Part shown: positions 55,332-64,000 of the stretch, piece by piece
Position numbering within the stretch: position 1 is the stretch's first letter
Layout of the letters: every line of letters starts with the position of its first letter
From: Paludibacter sp. 47-17
GTDB lineage: Bacteria; Bacteroidota; Bacteroidia; Bacteroidales; Paludibacteraceae
Direction: 5' to 3'
Length of the DNA: 64,000 bases
NCBI GenBank assembly: GCA_001898935.1
Contig: MKVT01000012.1
Span: 33,828-97,827, forward strand
Made by a program: the position numbers and the translations under genes
Notes under the pieces: model-generated
Seen by the model: the letters and a program-made list of their open reading frames with translations, nothing else
What the model was told of the DNA's origin: nothing
The model's database searches: none

Positions 55332-56798
55332 TTAAATTGACGGTTTATGTGTAATATTCAGCTTTTTTGTGCTGCTGATGCCTTCGGAGGTCGTCATGCT
55401 GAGCAGGTAGAGGCCTTCGGCTATGTCGCTGGTGTTGAATTCATGCACCAATTGCGGTGTGCTTTTTATCAACTTTCCGTCGGTAGTGTACAGTGCAGCA
55501 GTCACGGCTTCACCAAATACCAGACGGCCATTCAGCTGACTAACAGCCACCGGATTTTCGGGCGCGGGCAGAGAGGTCACCCCCGAAGCCGCGCTTTGCT
55601 GTCCGCGAACGCCCACGCTCCGGACTGTAAAAACTCCGTCGGTACCGGTGATTTCATACGATGTGGAAATGGTAAAACCCACCAGCCGGTTATCTTTCAA
55701 TACCACATAACCGGCAGCATCGGCCACAGCCGGCCAGCTGAGCCTGGTTCCGTCGGTACCTACGCTCACCGGAGCGGCGGGGGCTTGAACCAGAAGTTCG
55801 GGGGTGTAGGGGCTGGTAGTGGACACCCGCCCATAAATACCCTGGGTGGTGAATAAGTTGGTAACATCGTCGGCGGGCAATTGAAAACTCCAGCTTACCC
55901 GCTGACTCACGTCGGCTGCACTGCCGTCGGGTTTTTTACTCCCGAATTCGGCAAAACTGGCCGAACTTTCGTTGCCGTTCCATTCCTTCCAGCCTTTGGC
56001 GTTGATATGCGGTCCGAGGATGCAGTTGAGGTAAAAACTTCCGGCCATCGAGTTCCATGGCCGGCCCAGGTAGAAGCTGCCGTCGGGAACTCCGGGAGCA
56101 GCCGTAATAGCGCATTCGCGGAAGATAAAACCGAGACGTAGAAACTTATCGACTTTAGTCTGCAAACGGGGAATGGTAAAGGCGGCATCTTCCGGAGCCG
56201 TTATATAACCGCTGTTGCCTATACACCGGATCGTACAGCGATCGAAAAAGATCACGCCGCCGGCATAAATAAAATCCACCGCCCCTTCAATCGTACAGCT
56301 TTCAAAATAAGCCCGCGTTCCTTTTTTCGAGCGGTACGTATCCTGATAACTACGGATCACGCAGTTTTTAAAGGTCTGACGGTCGGCACCCGTATACAAG
56401 GCTTCGGCCATACCGGTATTGCCTGCCGTATTTTCGATGGTCACATTTTCCATGTAAAACTCGGGAGCATATACCTGAAAAGTAACCACCTGCTCGAAAC
56501 TGAGCCCGTTGGCGGTGTTGCGCGCCCGGTTGCCGGTGATGACGACCGAATCGGGATGCTGCCCGATAATGCTGAGCTTTTTAGACGAAGCCGCAGTTTT
56601 CGAGCCGATCGAGATCTGCTCGTCGTAACGGCCGTTTTTCAGGTAAATAATGCTGTATTCGTTGTCGGGACAAGCGTCGATCGCTTCCTGCAGCGAACTG
56701 TGCGTGCCCGAACCGTCGACAGCCACTACACAGCGGAAAAGCTGTGCAGAGGCTGCCGAAAGTAAAAAACTAAAGAGGAAAACGAACAATATTCGCAT
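55332..56798 (-). CDS. CE8 pectin methylesterase + Fn3-like module + T9SS C-terminal sorting domain
   Basis: CE8 motifs 'GMAEALY', 'SYQDTYRS', 'GAVDFIYAGG', 'YLGRPW'. CTD 'ALYTTDGKLIKS...AEGLYLLSMTTSEGISSTKKL'. Confidence 0.85.
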   Translation of the reverse strand: MRILFVFLFSFLLSAASAQLFRCVVAVDGSGTHSSLQEAIDACPDNEYSIIYLKNGRYDEQISIGSKTAASSKKLSIIGQHPDSVVITGNRARNTANGLSFEQVVTFQVYAPEFYMENVTIENTAGNTGMAEALYTGADRQTFKNCVIRSYQDTYRSKKGTRAYFESCTIEGAVDFIYAGGVIFFDRCTIRCIGNSGYITAPEDAAFTIPRLQTKVDKFLRLGFIFRECAITAAPGVPDGSFYLGRPWNSMAGSFYLNCILGPHINAKGWKEWNGNESSASFAEFGSKKPDGSAADVSQRVSWSFQLPADDVTNLFTTQGIYGRVSTTSPYTPELLVQAPAAPVSVGTDGTRLSWPAVADAAGYVVLKDNRLVGFTISTSYEITGTDGVFTVRSVGVRGQQSAASGVTSLPAPENPVAVSQLNGRLVFGEAVTAALYTTDGKLIKSTPQLVHEFNTSDIAEGLYLLSMTTSEGISSTKKLNITHKPSI

Positions 56799-58684
56799 TA
56801 TTCAAAAGGATTAAATTCACCGTTCGACCAGCCGATGGTTTGTTTCAGCGCCGGACTGCGGGTGAGGATATTCAACGGGATATCGAAGAAGTTGTAACTG
56901 CGATCGGTTTTACCCATCAACTCTGCTTCGGTGGTGTAGGTCCGATAAGCAATAGACTTTACCAGCGGACCGGTACTCTTGGCCGTCATGGTGAAGTATT
57001 TGTACACACTGTCCACCGGCAGCTCCTGACGGATGGAGTTGAAGGCCGCAGTAGTGATTCCGCTCAGCGTGAAGGTGTATCCCGACCCGCTTTTCTTCCA
57101 TCCGTTTAACTTCAGGAAGTTTGCTCCCAGGTTGTTGGTGAACATGTTGCGGCGGCGCAGATCCCAGAATCGTTTGCCTTCGAACGCCATCTCCACCCGG
57201 CGTTCGTTCATCACGATCTCAAGCATGGAGTATTCGGGATTCGATTTCAGTCCGTAGAATCCGTCGACCCCCGGCTCGATGCCGGCTCGTTCACGAATAG
57301 CTTTGAGGCAATCGAAGCCGGTAGCCGAATTGTCGCCTTCGTATTCGAAAGCAGCTTCGGCAAGGTTAAGCAACACTTCTGCATAGCGAATCTCGATCCA
57401 GTCGGTGTAAGTTTTGTTCATATCCACTCCGGTAATGGCCGGGTTGATGTACTTACGGGTGTAAAAGCCGGTAGTAGTTGTTTTATCCGATGAAGAAATT
57501 TCGCCTCCGGTATAGGTCCACTGCCTGCGTGTCGGGTTACCTTCGAGCGGATAATAGCTGCCGTTGAAAGCAATGGTGGCATAAAAGCGCGGATCGCGGT
57601 CCTGGTAGTACTTACGGATATCGGTATGGCCCGAAAATACCGTAGTACGATTGGAAGCCGTGGCGGTATGTTTGTAGACAATTTTGCCGTCTTTCATCGG
57701 GAACGCCGCTACCAGATCCCAGGAAGGCAGGTTTGACGGCCGGCCGGTAGCATTGGTTACGTCGACGGGACGAACGCTTCCTTCGTATCCATGGTACTTC
57801 AACGATTGCAGGTAAGGAGTTACCAGAATCACTTCGGGATTATTGGCCGTTTTCTTCGTGATAAAAACCTTATTGAAATCGACTGCAACCGGCCATTGAG
57901 CGTTTGCCTGCACTTTAATATCGGTCATCAACCGGTAACCGTCGGTAGTACACAGGTTGCGTGCAAAAATATTGGCATCAAACGCTTCTTTCCAGCGGTT
58001 GCGGTCGTTGGCCGGGTTAAACTGCGGACTGGCATAAAACAACAGGATACGCCCCTTGAGGGCCGCAGCTGCAGCGCGGGTTACGCGCCCATATTCCTCG
58101 CTTACCCAGGTGGCCGGCAGGTGTTTGATGGCCGAGTCGAGGTCTTGTTTCAACAGGGCGATGCATTCGGAGGTCTTGTTGCGGGGAGCGTTGCGTATAA
58201 TGTCGTCCGACTGGTAATCGACCACATCGCGCATGTACGGAACTCCTCCGTAAATATTCACCAGTTTCCAATGCTGGAACGCGCGGAAAAAGTACAGTTG
58301 CCCGAGAATGCGGCTTTGCGCGTCGGCAGGCAGTTTCGAACTTTTCATGGCATTGAATGCCGTATTGATGTAGCGCACAGCCTGGTAGGTTGCGGACGAA
58401 AAAGCGCCCGCGCTGCCCTCTTCCAGTGTTCCGAGCAAGAGATTGGAACCCATACCGTCGGTTTCGTCGGATAAGGCTGCCAGCGAGCCATCGCCCACCG
58501 GACTTTCGCCGCCAAAACCCGGCATACAAAGCGAGTAAATATTGTTGATGTAGAGTTTGGCTGCATTTTCGTTGTCCCAGATGGCCGGATTGATGGCCGA
58601 CTCATCTTTAACATCCAGGAAATCACTGCAGGATGAAACAATCGGCAGGAGCAGCAACGCGTAAATTATTGATTTTATCTTCAT
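56798..58684 (-). CDS. SusD-like (RagB/SusD) lipoprotein
   Basis: Lipobox 'PIVSSCSD'. 'VMNERRVEMAFEGKRFWDLRRR'. Its stop overlaps the CE8 ATG by 1 nt (TAATG). Confidence 0.9.
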   Translation of the reverse strand: MKIKSIIYALLLLPIVSSCSDFLDVKDESAINPAIWDNENAAKLYINNIYSLCMPGFGGESPVGDGSLAALSDETDGMGSNLLLGTLEEGSAGAFSSATYQAVRYINTAFNAMKSSKLPADAQSRILGQLYFFRAFQHWKLVNIYGGVPYMRDVVDYQSDDIIRNAPRNKTSECIALLKQDLDSAIKHLPATWVSEEYGRVTRAAAAALKGRILLFYASPQFNPANDRNRWKEAFDANIFARNLCTTDGYRLMTDIKVQANAQWPVAVDFNKVFITKKTANNPEVILVTPYLQSLKYHGYEGSVRPVDVTNATGRPSNLPSWDLVAAFPMKDGKIVYKHTATASNRTTVFSGHTDIRKYYQDRDPRFYATIAFNGSYYPLEGNPTRRQWTYTGGEISSSDKTTTTGFYTRKYINPAITGVDMNKTYTDWIEIRYAEVLLNLAEAAFEYEGDNSATGFDCLKAIRERAGIEPGVDGFYGLKSNPEYSMLEIVMNERRVEMAFEGKRFWDLRRRNMFTNNLGANFLKLNGWKKSGSGYTFTLSGITTAAFNSIRQELPVDSVYKYFTMTAKSTGPLVKSIAYRTYTTEAELMGKTDRSYNFFDIPLNILTRSPALKQTIGWSNGEFNPFE

Positions 58685-58696
58685 GACTGTAGTGTG

Positions 58697-61600
58697 TTAG
58701 AAATTGAGATTTAAACCGAAGTTAAAGGTACGGATCATCGGATAGTCCGACCAGAAACCGACACTTGCATCTTTGTAAGGATACGGATTGATGAGCGTCA
58801 GCAGGTTGGTGCCCGAGAAGAACACGCGCAACTGATCGACACCCAGCGATTTGGTGAGGTTTTTCGGTACATTGTACGACATGTTGAGCGACCGCAGGCG
58901 CAGGTTGTGCCCGTCGCGCATCCAGAAGGTCGATCGCTGGTTGCGTAAACTGTAGGTATCGAGACGGGGATACTTGGCATCGGGATTCGACTCGGTCCAG
59001 TAGTTTCCGTACCATTCGCGGAGCTGGTTCGATTGCGCCGACAGGAAATCGCCACTGCGCGACCCGCCGGAAGCATTTTCGTAGAACCCTTTTTCGAATA
59101 CCACATCGTTACCAAAGGCACCACTGAAAATAGCATCCACTTTTATATCTTTCCAGGTAAAGCCCAGCGTGAAACCATAGGTGAAGGGAGCGGAGTCGTA
59201 TTTGCTGATAATACGGCGGTCTTCGGTGGTAATCTTTCCGTCCGGAGCTCCGTCGTGCCAGTTGCCGTCGGCATCCTGGTAGCGCGGGCCGCCCACGTCT
59301 TTAAACATCAGCATACCGGGTTTCAATGCACTTTCGGGAATATCCAATACGGTTATCTCAGTGTATTTCGGGTTTCCGTTTTCGTCGAGCGGAATATGCG
59401 ATTTCAGTTCGGCAATCCAGTTGTCGAGTTCTTCCTGCGTACGGGCTATTCCATAGGAGAAATATCCTACTTCGCCTCCCCGGATTCGTCCCACTTCGTC
59501 TTCCCAGGTTCCGATATTCCCCGGATTCTGCCATTTTTTGAGTACAATATTGGTTGCGTACGCAATATTTCCTTTCAATTGTAAGGTGAAATCCTTCGTC
59601 AGTTTTTTGTTGTAACCCAGTTCGAGCTCGCCGCCCCACGAATCCTGCACGCCGTAGTTCAGTTTGGGAGTGGCAGCGTTGATACCCGACGATTGCGGGA
59701 AAGCGCTCTTGTAATCGTCGAGAATGTCGAAGGTATGGCGGTAAAACCCATCTATGTTCACCGAGAAATCGCCGAACAGCCGCATATCGATACCGGCATT
59801 GTACGAATCGGTTTTTTCCCAGGTCGAATTCAGGATGAATAATCCTTCCATAGTGGGGAAAAGTACCGAGCTGAGCGCCGAGCCCCCCACGTAAGCAGCA
59901 TCGGGTATGGTGCCGTAACTGCTGCGCCACTGGTTCATCGATACTTTGTCGTTACCCAGCCGTCCGTACGAAGCACGGAGCTTCAGATTGTCCATAAAGG
60001 TGATGCTTTCTTTGAAGAAATCTTCTTCGGAAATGCGCCAGCCCCCCGAAATGGACGGAAATAATCCCCAGCGGTAGCCCGGAGCAAAGTTGGTGGAAGC
60101 TTCGTAACGCGTAGCACTTTCGATAAAGTAACGGTTGTCGTAATTGTAGTTCAGGCGGCCGATCAACGACTGGCGACGCGATTTGGTGTTGATGTTGGAA
60201 GCTGTGGTCTGTGCCGACGAAGCGTAGCCGGCCATCACTTCGTAGTTTTCGATAATCACATTCTGGCGCGAAAGACTCATGCCGTTGCCACCGCTTTCCG
60301 AAAGTTCGAACATCAGCAAGGTGGATAAATCGTGTTTGCCGAATTTGTTGGCATACGACACTTCCGGATTCAACTGGTAATTGTAGCTGCGCGACGACGA
60401 TTCGTAAATTTTATCGCCATTGCTAATTTTACGCTGGTATTGAGGGGTCCCGATCGGATATTGTTGTTCCGAAAGGAGCGGACTCTGGTCGTTCAGGGGG
60501 ATGAAATCATATATATAATAGGGTTTGGAAAGCTGCTTGCCAAAGTTAGAGCCATTGCTGAAACTTCCCGAAACTTTAAATTTCAGGCCTTTGATTTTTT
60601 CAACCGTGTATTCGAGCGAAAGGCTGGCCGACATATCGTTGCTTTTGTTCCGGCGGTACGAGCCCGAATTCATCATTTCCAGGGGATGCGAACCATTGGA
60701 AGGAATCGAATTCCCTACCGGAATGCCGTTGATATAAGCCGGGGTAAACCGTGGAGCACGGGCCAGGTCGCTGAAAGTTCCGTACATCCGTTCGGGTTCC
60801 GAGTCGCGCTGGTTGAGCGGCATCTCGGTGCTTTTATCGTTGTAGTTCATGCCGAAGCTGGCGTTGAGGTTACGAGCCATTTTGGCGTCCACCCCTACGC
60901 GCAATCCGTAGCGGTTCATATTCAGATTGGCGAAATTACCATCGGCCCACATGTACGAACCTCCGATAAAATAACGAACATCGTCGTTTCCTCCGCTGAT
61001 ATTCAAGGTGTGCCGCATGTTACCCGAGTTTTTCCATCCCATTTCGAGCCAGTTATAATCCATGTTTTTCATGGCATTCAGTTCGTCGGCCGTGAAAAAC
61101 CGTTTCGAATCGGCTGTTTCACCCTTGTAGGTAATCTCCTGTTGCCACAGGTCGTTGAGGGCCATACCCTGCTCGTAGGCACTCATCATCTCGGGCATAT
61201 TCACTCCCTGGTTTATCCCGTACGAAGTAGAATAGCTCACCCGTGTTTTACCTGCTTTCCCTTTTTTGGTGGTTACCAGCAATACCCCGCCGGCGCCACG
61301 TACCCCGTAGATAGCAGCTGCCGCATCTTTCAATACCGAAATATTTTCAATTTCCGAGGGGTCGAGCATGTTAAAAGCATTCAGGTCGCGGATAAATCCA
61401 TCGATAACAAACAAAGGTTCTTCCGAGTTCCACGATCCGTTGATACGGATCTGGATCGTCGAATTCCCGACCACGTTGCCGGTAGCTTCGCCCACTTTTA
61501 CGCCGGGCATGGTTCCCATCAGTACCGATGCTAAGTTGGGAGCAGGGATGTCGGCCACTTCTTTCATGTCGATATTGGCCACTGCACCGGTCAGGTTGGC

Positions 61601-61981
61601 ACGTTTAACAGCACCGTAACCCACTACCACCAACTCGTCGAGTTTTTCGGTTTCTTCCTGGAGCGTAATCACCACCGGCACCTGTCCGGCTCTGAATTTC
61701 TGCGTCACGTAGCCAATATAGGAGATGCTGACGGTTTGATTGGACGCGGCTTTGATCTGAAAGGAGCCGCTGAGGTCGGTCACTGTTCCTGCAGTGGTGC
61801 CTTCCACCTTCACGGTAGCGCCGATTACCGGCTCGCTTTTCTCGTCCACTACCTTTGCTTTTACTGTAATCTGCTGGTTTTGTGCGGTCAAAGGAAGTGT
61901 TAGGAGCAGCATGATTAGCAGAGCATGCACTGCCGACCACCGGTTTGTAAATCGTGTCGTTCGATGTTTTCTGGAGTTCAT
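58697..61981 (-). CDS. SusC-like TonB-dependent outer-membrane transporter
   Basis: From ATG 61981: signal peptide '...LTLPLTAQ', CarboxypepD_reg 'VKAKVVDEKSEPVIGATVKV', plug 'DELVVVGYGAVKRAN', C-terminal 'FNFGLNLNF'. No STN domain. Confidence 0.95.
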   Translation of the reverse strand: MNSRKHRTTRFTNRWSAVHALLIMLLLTLPLTAQNQQITVKAKVVDEKSEPVIGATVKVEGTTAGTVTDLSGSFQIKAASNQTVSISYIGYVTQKFRAGQVPVVITLQEETEKLDELVVVGYGAVKRANLTGAVANIDMKEVADIPAPNLASVLMGTMPGVKVGEATGNVVGNSTIQIRINGSWNSEEPLFVIDGFIRDLNAFNMLDPSEIENISVLKDAAAAIYGVRGAGGVLLVTTKKGKAGKTRVSYSTSYGINQGVNMPEMMSAYEQGMALNDLWQQEITYKGETADSKRFFTADELNAMKNMDYNWLEMGWKNSGNMRHTLNISGGNDDVRYFIGGSYMWADGNFANLNMNRYGLRVGVDAKMARNLNASFGMNYNDKSTEMPLNQRDSEPERMYGTFSDLARAPRFTPAYINGIPVGNSIPSNGSHPLEMMNSGSYRRNKSNDMSASLSLEYTVEKIKGLKFKVSGSFSNGSNFGKQLSKPYYIYDFIPLNDQSPLLSEQQYPIGTPQYQRKISNGDKIYESSSRSYNYQLNPEVSYANKFGKHDLSTLLMFELSESGGNGMSLSRQNVIIENYEVMAGYASSAQTTASNINTKSRRQSLIGRLNYNYDNRYFIESATRYEASTNFAPGYRWGLFPSISGGWRISEEDFFKESITFMDNLKLRASYGRLGNDKVSMNQWRSSYGTIPDAAYVGGSALSSVLFPTMEGLFILNSTWEKTDSYNAGIDMRLFGDFSVNIDGFYRHTFDILDDYKSAFPQSSGINAATPKLNYGVQDSWGGELELGYNKKLTKDFTLQLKGNIAYATNIVLKKWQNPGNIGTWEDEVGRIRGGEVGYFSYGIARTQEELDNWIAELKSHIPLDENGNPKYTEITVLDIPESALKPGMLMFKDVGGPRYQDADGNWHDGAPDGKITTEDRRIISKYDSAPFTYGFTLGFTWKDIKVDAIFSGAFGNDVVFEKGFYENASGGSRSGDFLSAQSNQLREWYGNYWTESNPDAKYPRLDTYSLRNQRSTFWMRDGHNLRLRSLNMSYNVPKNLTKSLGVDQLRVFFSGTNLLTLINPYPYKDASVGFWSDYPMIRTFNFGLNLNF

Positions 61982-62028
61982 TAGACTTATGTTTATTCGT
62001 TTACAACCCTTAAGACGCAAAGGGGGTG

Positions 62029-62036
62029 CAAATGTA
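62029..62036 (-). promoter_or_regulatory. Candidate -7 box (TACATTTG) for the SusC operon
   Basis: Exact TAnnTTTG on the minus strand, 47 nt upstream of ATG 61981. It lies inside the spurious N-terminal extension of ORF 58697..62041. Confidence 0.4.
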
Positions 62037-62066
62037 ATCAAATAATACCTAAACTTTCGGAGTTTT

Positions 62067-63230
62067 CTAAAAAGCGATACCCCAGGCGTAGCTGCCGGGT
62101 TTAATGGTGATGCTGGTGCCGGGCCGGTCGGCCACCTTGAGCCGGATCACTCCCGGCGCCGGCGATAGTACCGGCACGAGCGAAGTCCAGTTCATTTCGG
62201 AAATAAATTGCCAGGTGGTAGCCCCGCCACTGATGTAAATATGTTCGATACTGAGCTTGTCGACCAGGAGTTGGGCCAGCCGGCACAGTCGCTGGTTCAG
62301 TACTTCCGGCGCCGCCGGGTAGGTTTCGCCGGGGCCTCCCGTCGATAGCATGAAGCTTTTACCGGGGGAGTCGATTATTGTTTGAACCTGCCGGGCGGCA
62401 AAAGTGCGAATGGCTTCTGCGGAGCAGGCGGGTTGCCGGAGCTCAGCCGGTAACTGAATGGCGGGCCTGCCTTTTTCTTCAAAATACTGCTGCATTTCGT
62501 AGGTGCCGGCATGGGCGCTTCCCGAAAGCAATAAATAAGGCGCTTCGGCTTCGTGCCTGGCGACGACGGATGGAAGAACCTGCGCCGGTACATGCCGGTG
62601 TACAATCTTCAGGTATTGCCCGAAAAAAGCGGTGCTTCCTGCATACAGGTGGCTGGTAAGCCCGGTCGGTTGCAGTTGTTGGGCCATCTCTTCTTCCGAA
62701 CGGCAATCGGCAAGTGTATATTCAAAAGCCGGAGTAGCGGCGAATCGGGGGCTTCGTGCCAGGAGAAGTTGGCGGACATCCGAGCTTGTTGCCGGAAAAT
62801 CGGGATCGGTACGAAACGGACTTTGGTGAAGCGGTTGGTCGTGAATGGAATAGTGCCCGAGTTCGATGCGCCGGCCTGCCGCAGGATTGGCGGGTTGAAG
62901 CACTACGCTGCTGATTCCGGTATGCTCGGCCATCGGAATGAGTTCGGAAAGCACATAGCCTCTGACCGCCGAATCGCATTTTTTATAGAAATGGATCGTC
63001 GGACCGGAGTAGGTTTGCGACAGTTCGGTCAGTAACCGGCGGTGGAGCCGTACTGCGCCCGGTTCGGCGAGCGAACGGCTGTTGGTGGCCACTACCAGTA
63101 CGTCGGGCGTGTCGATGCGCTTTACCGAGCCGTCGAACGAGCAGAGGAATCCGACCGAAAGTCCAAACTCCATCGCTTTTCCGGCCATTTCGGCAGCTCC
63201 GGTGATATCGTCGGCTATGACCAGGATCAT
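62067..63230 (-). CDS. Four-carbon acid-sugar kinase family protein (DUF1537; OtnK/DtnK/DenK-like)
   Basis: N-terminal 'ILVIADDITGAAEMAG' and C-terminal 'IYISGGATT'. About 388 aa from ATG 63230, which lies 1 nt after the upstream gene's stop. Confidence 0.75.
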   Translation of the reverse strand: MILVIADDITGAAEMAGKAMEFGLSVGFLCSFDGSVKRIDTPDVLVVATNSRSLAEPGAVRLHRRLLTELSQTYSGPTIHFYKKCDSAVRGYVLSELIPMAEHTGISSVVLQPANPAAGRRIELGHYSIHDQPLHQSPFRTDPDFPATSSDVRQLLLARSPRFAATPAFEYTLADCRSEEEMAQQLQPTGLTSHLYAGSTAFFGQYLKIVHRHVPAQVLPSVVARHEAEAPYLLLSGSAHAGTYEMQQYFEEKGRPAIQLPAELRQPACSAEAIRTFAARQVQTIIDSPGKSFMLSTGGPGETYPAAPEVLNQRLCRLAQLLVDKLSIEHIYISGGATTWQFISEMNWTSLVPVLSPAPGVIRLKVADRPGTSITIKPGSYAWGIAF

Positions 63231-63231
63231 G

Positions 63232-64000
63232 TCAGCGCTTGTTTTCGGCCAGTCGTACGGCATAATCGATGGCAATGCGCAATGCATCGGGCGATGCAAT
63301 ACCCTGCCAGGCTATTTCGAAAGCAGTGCCGTGGTCGACCGAAGTACGGATGATAGGCAGACCGAGTGTGATATTCACACCTTTCACACTTTTCATGGTC
63401 TGTTTTTCGTTGTCCCACTGGAAGCCTTCGAGTTTGAAGGGAATATGCCCCTGATCGTGGTACATCGCTACACAGCCATCGAATTTTCCCTGTACGGCTT
63501 TCACGAACAGCGTGTCGGGGGGGACCGGTCCCTGCACCCGATAGCCTTTTTCGTTCATGGCAGCTATGGCCGGGATAATTTCATGTATTTCCTCGTCGCC
63601 AAAGAGCCCGTTCTCGCCTGCATGCGGATTTAAACCGGCCACGCCGATCACCGGATTTTCGATCCCGAATTGAAGGCAGGCATCGTGGAGCAGCCCGATG
63701 ACCTCCATCACCCGTTCTTTTTTGCACAAATCGCAGGCTTTTCGCAGCGAGACATGGGTGGTGGCATGGATTACCCTCAGGTTGTCGTCGGCCAGCAACA
63801 TGGCATAATTGGCGGTGCCGGTGTAGTGGGCATAAATTTCGGTATGTCCCGAAAAATGATGACCGGCCAGGTGTATCGATTCCTTGTTGATGGGCGCTGT
63901 GACCGTTGCATCGATTTCGTTGTTCAGGGCCAGCTCGATCACCTTCCGCACCGCTCCGAAGGCCGCATCGCCGGCCATCGCCGACACTTCGCCGGGTTTC
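63232..64000 (-). CDS. PdxA-family NAD-dependent 4-phospho-hydroxyacid dehydrogenase (PdxA2-like). The 5' end lies outside the window.
   Basis: 'GHTEIYA', 'NPHAGENGLFG', 'IIRTSVDHGTAFEIA'. The frame stays open past 63987 (a GTG in the ORF track) to the window edge. Confidence 0.8.
   Translation of the reverse strand, partial: KPGEVSAMAGDAAFGAVRKVIELALNNEIDATVTAPINKESIHLAGHHFSGHTEIYAHYTGTANYAMLLADDNLRVIHATTHVSLRKACDLCKKERVMEVIGLLHDACLQFGIENPVIGVAGLNPHAGENGLFGDEEIHEIIPAIAAMNEKGYRVQGPVPPDTLFVKAVQGKFDGCVAMYHDQGHIPFKLEGFQWDNEKQTMKSVKGVNITLGLPIIRTSVDHGTAFEIAWQGIASPDALRIAIDYAVRLAENKR

Noticed and set aside
62037-62041. ORF-track N-terminal extensions that start at TTG/GTG: 4567, 7634, 23010, 38006, 47113, 52262, 53525, 62041, 63299
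   Set aside because: In each case an in-frame ATG a few codons downstream begins a canonical signal peptide or conserved N-terminus. In several cases the extension overlaps a promoter box or the upstream gene. I used the trimmed starts.
63985-63987. Apparent start codon of the PdxA-like gene at 63987
   Set aside because: It is an internal GTG. The frame stays open to the window edge, and 251 aa is too short for a PdxA-family protein, so the gene is truncated by the window.

Overview
This window is a chromosomal segment from a Bacteroidota genome. The evidence is SusC/SusD pairs, TAnnTTTG-type promoter boxes, lipoprotein signal peptides and six proteins ending in T9SS C-terminal sorting domains. 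I saw no CRISPR array, transposase, integrase or phage genes.

Layout:
- 1-4.5 kb: housekeeping (2-hydroxyacid dehydrogenase 3' end, initiator tRNA-Met, secDF, udk).
- 4.6-21.9 kb: PUL1. It holds a membrane-anchored propeller/Y_Y_Y sensor with a LuxR HTH, a GH3 beta-glucosidase, two GH144-like paralogues flanking a SusC/SusD pair, and two T9SS-secreted proteins (a multi-CBM-like protein and an SGNH esterase) that share an unassigned ~185-aa module. I infer beta-1,2-glucan as the target.
- 22.3-26.9 kb: housekeeping (radC, ABC-2 transporter pair, LD-carboxypeptidase, recO).
- 27.1-64 kb: a large pectin locus whose enzyme set matches rhamnogalacturonan-II (RG-II) degradation.
  - Plus-strand operon: GH43-like, BNR + (alpha/alpha)6 two-domain enzyme, GH78, GH28, alpha/beta-hydrolase-DUF3826 fusion, GH95-GH105 fusion, GH140-like (DUF4038), GH78-sialidase-like fusion.
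  - Between the two operons: a secreted CBM protein and an AT-rich islet with an orphan small secreted protein.
  - Minus-strand operon: SusC, SusD, CE8, PL1, an unknown T9SS cargo, PL1, DUF3826. It is preceded by a translationally coupled PdxA-like / DUF1537 acid-sugar kinase pair.

Best candidates for something undescribed:
- the unassigned module shared by the two T9SS cargos of PUL1;
- the unrecognisable T9SS cargo between the two pectate lyases;
- the DUF1537 kinase/PdxA pair attached to the RG-II locus;
- DUF3826 occurring both fused and free;
- a recurrent GTACG...CTTTGC...CTAAT element at operon junctions.

All family calls come from motif recognition by eye. No database search was run.
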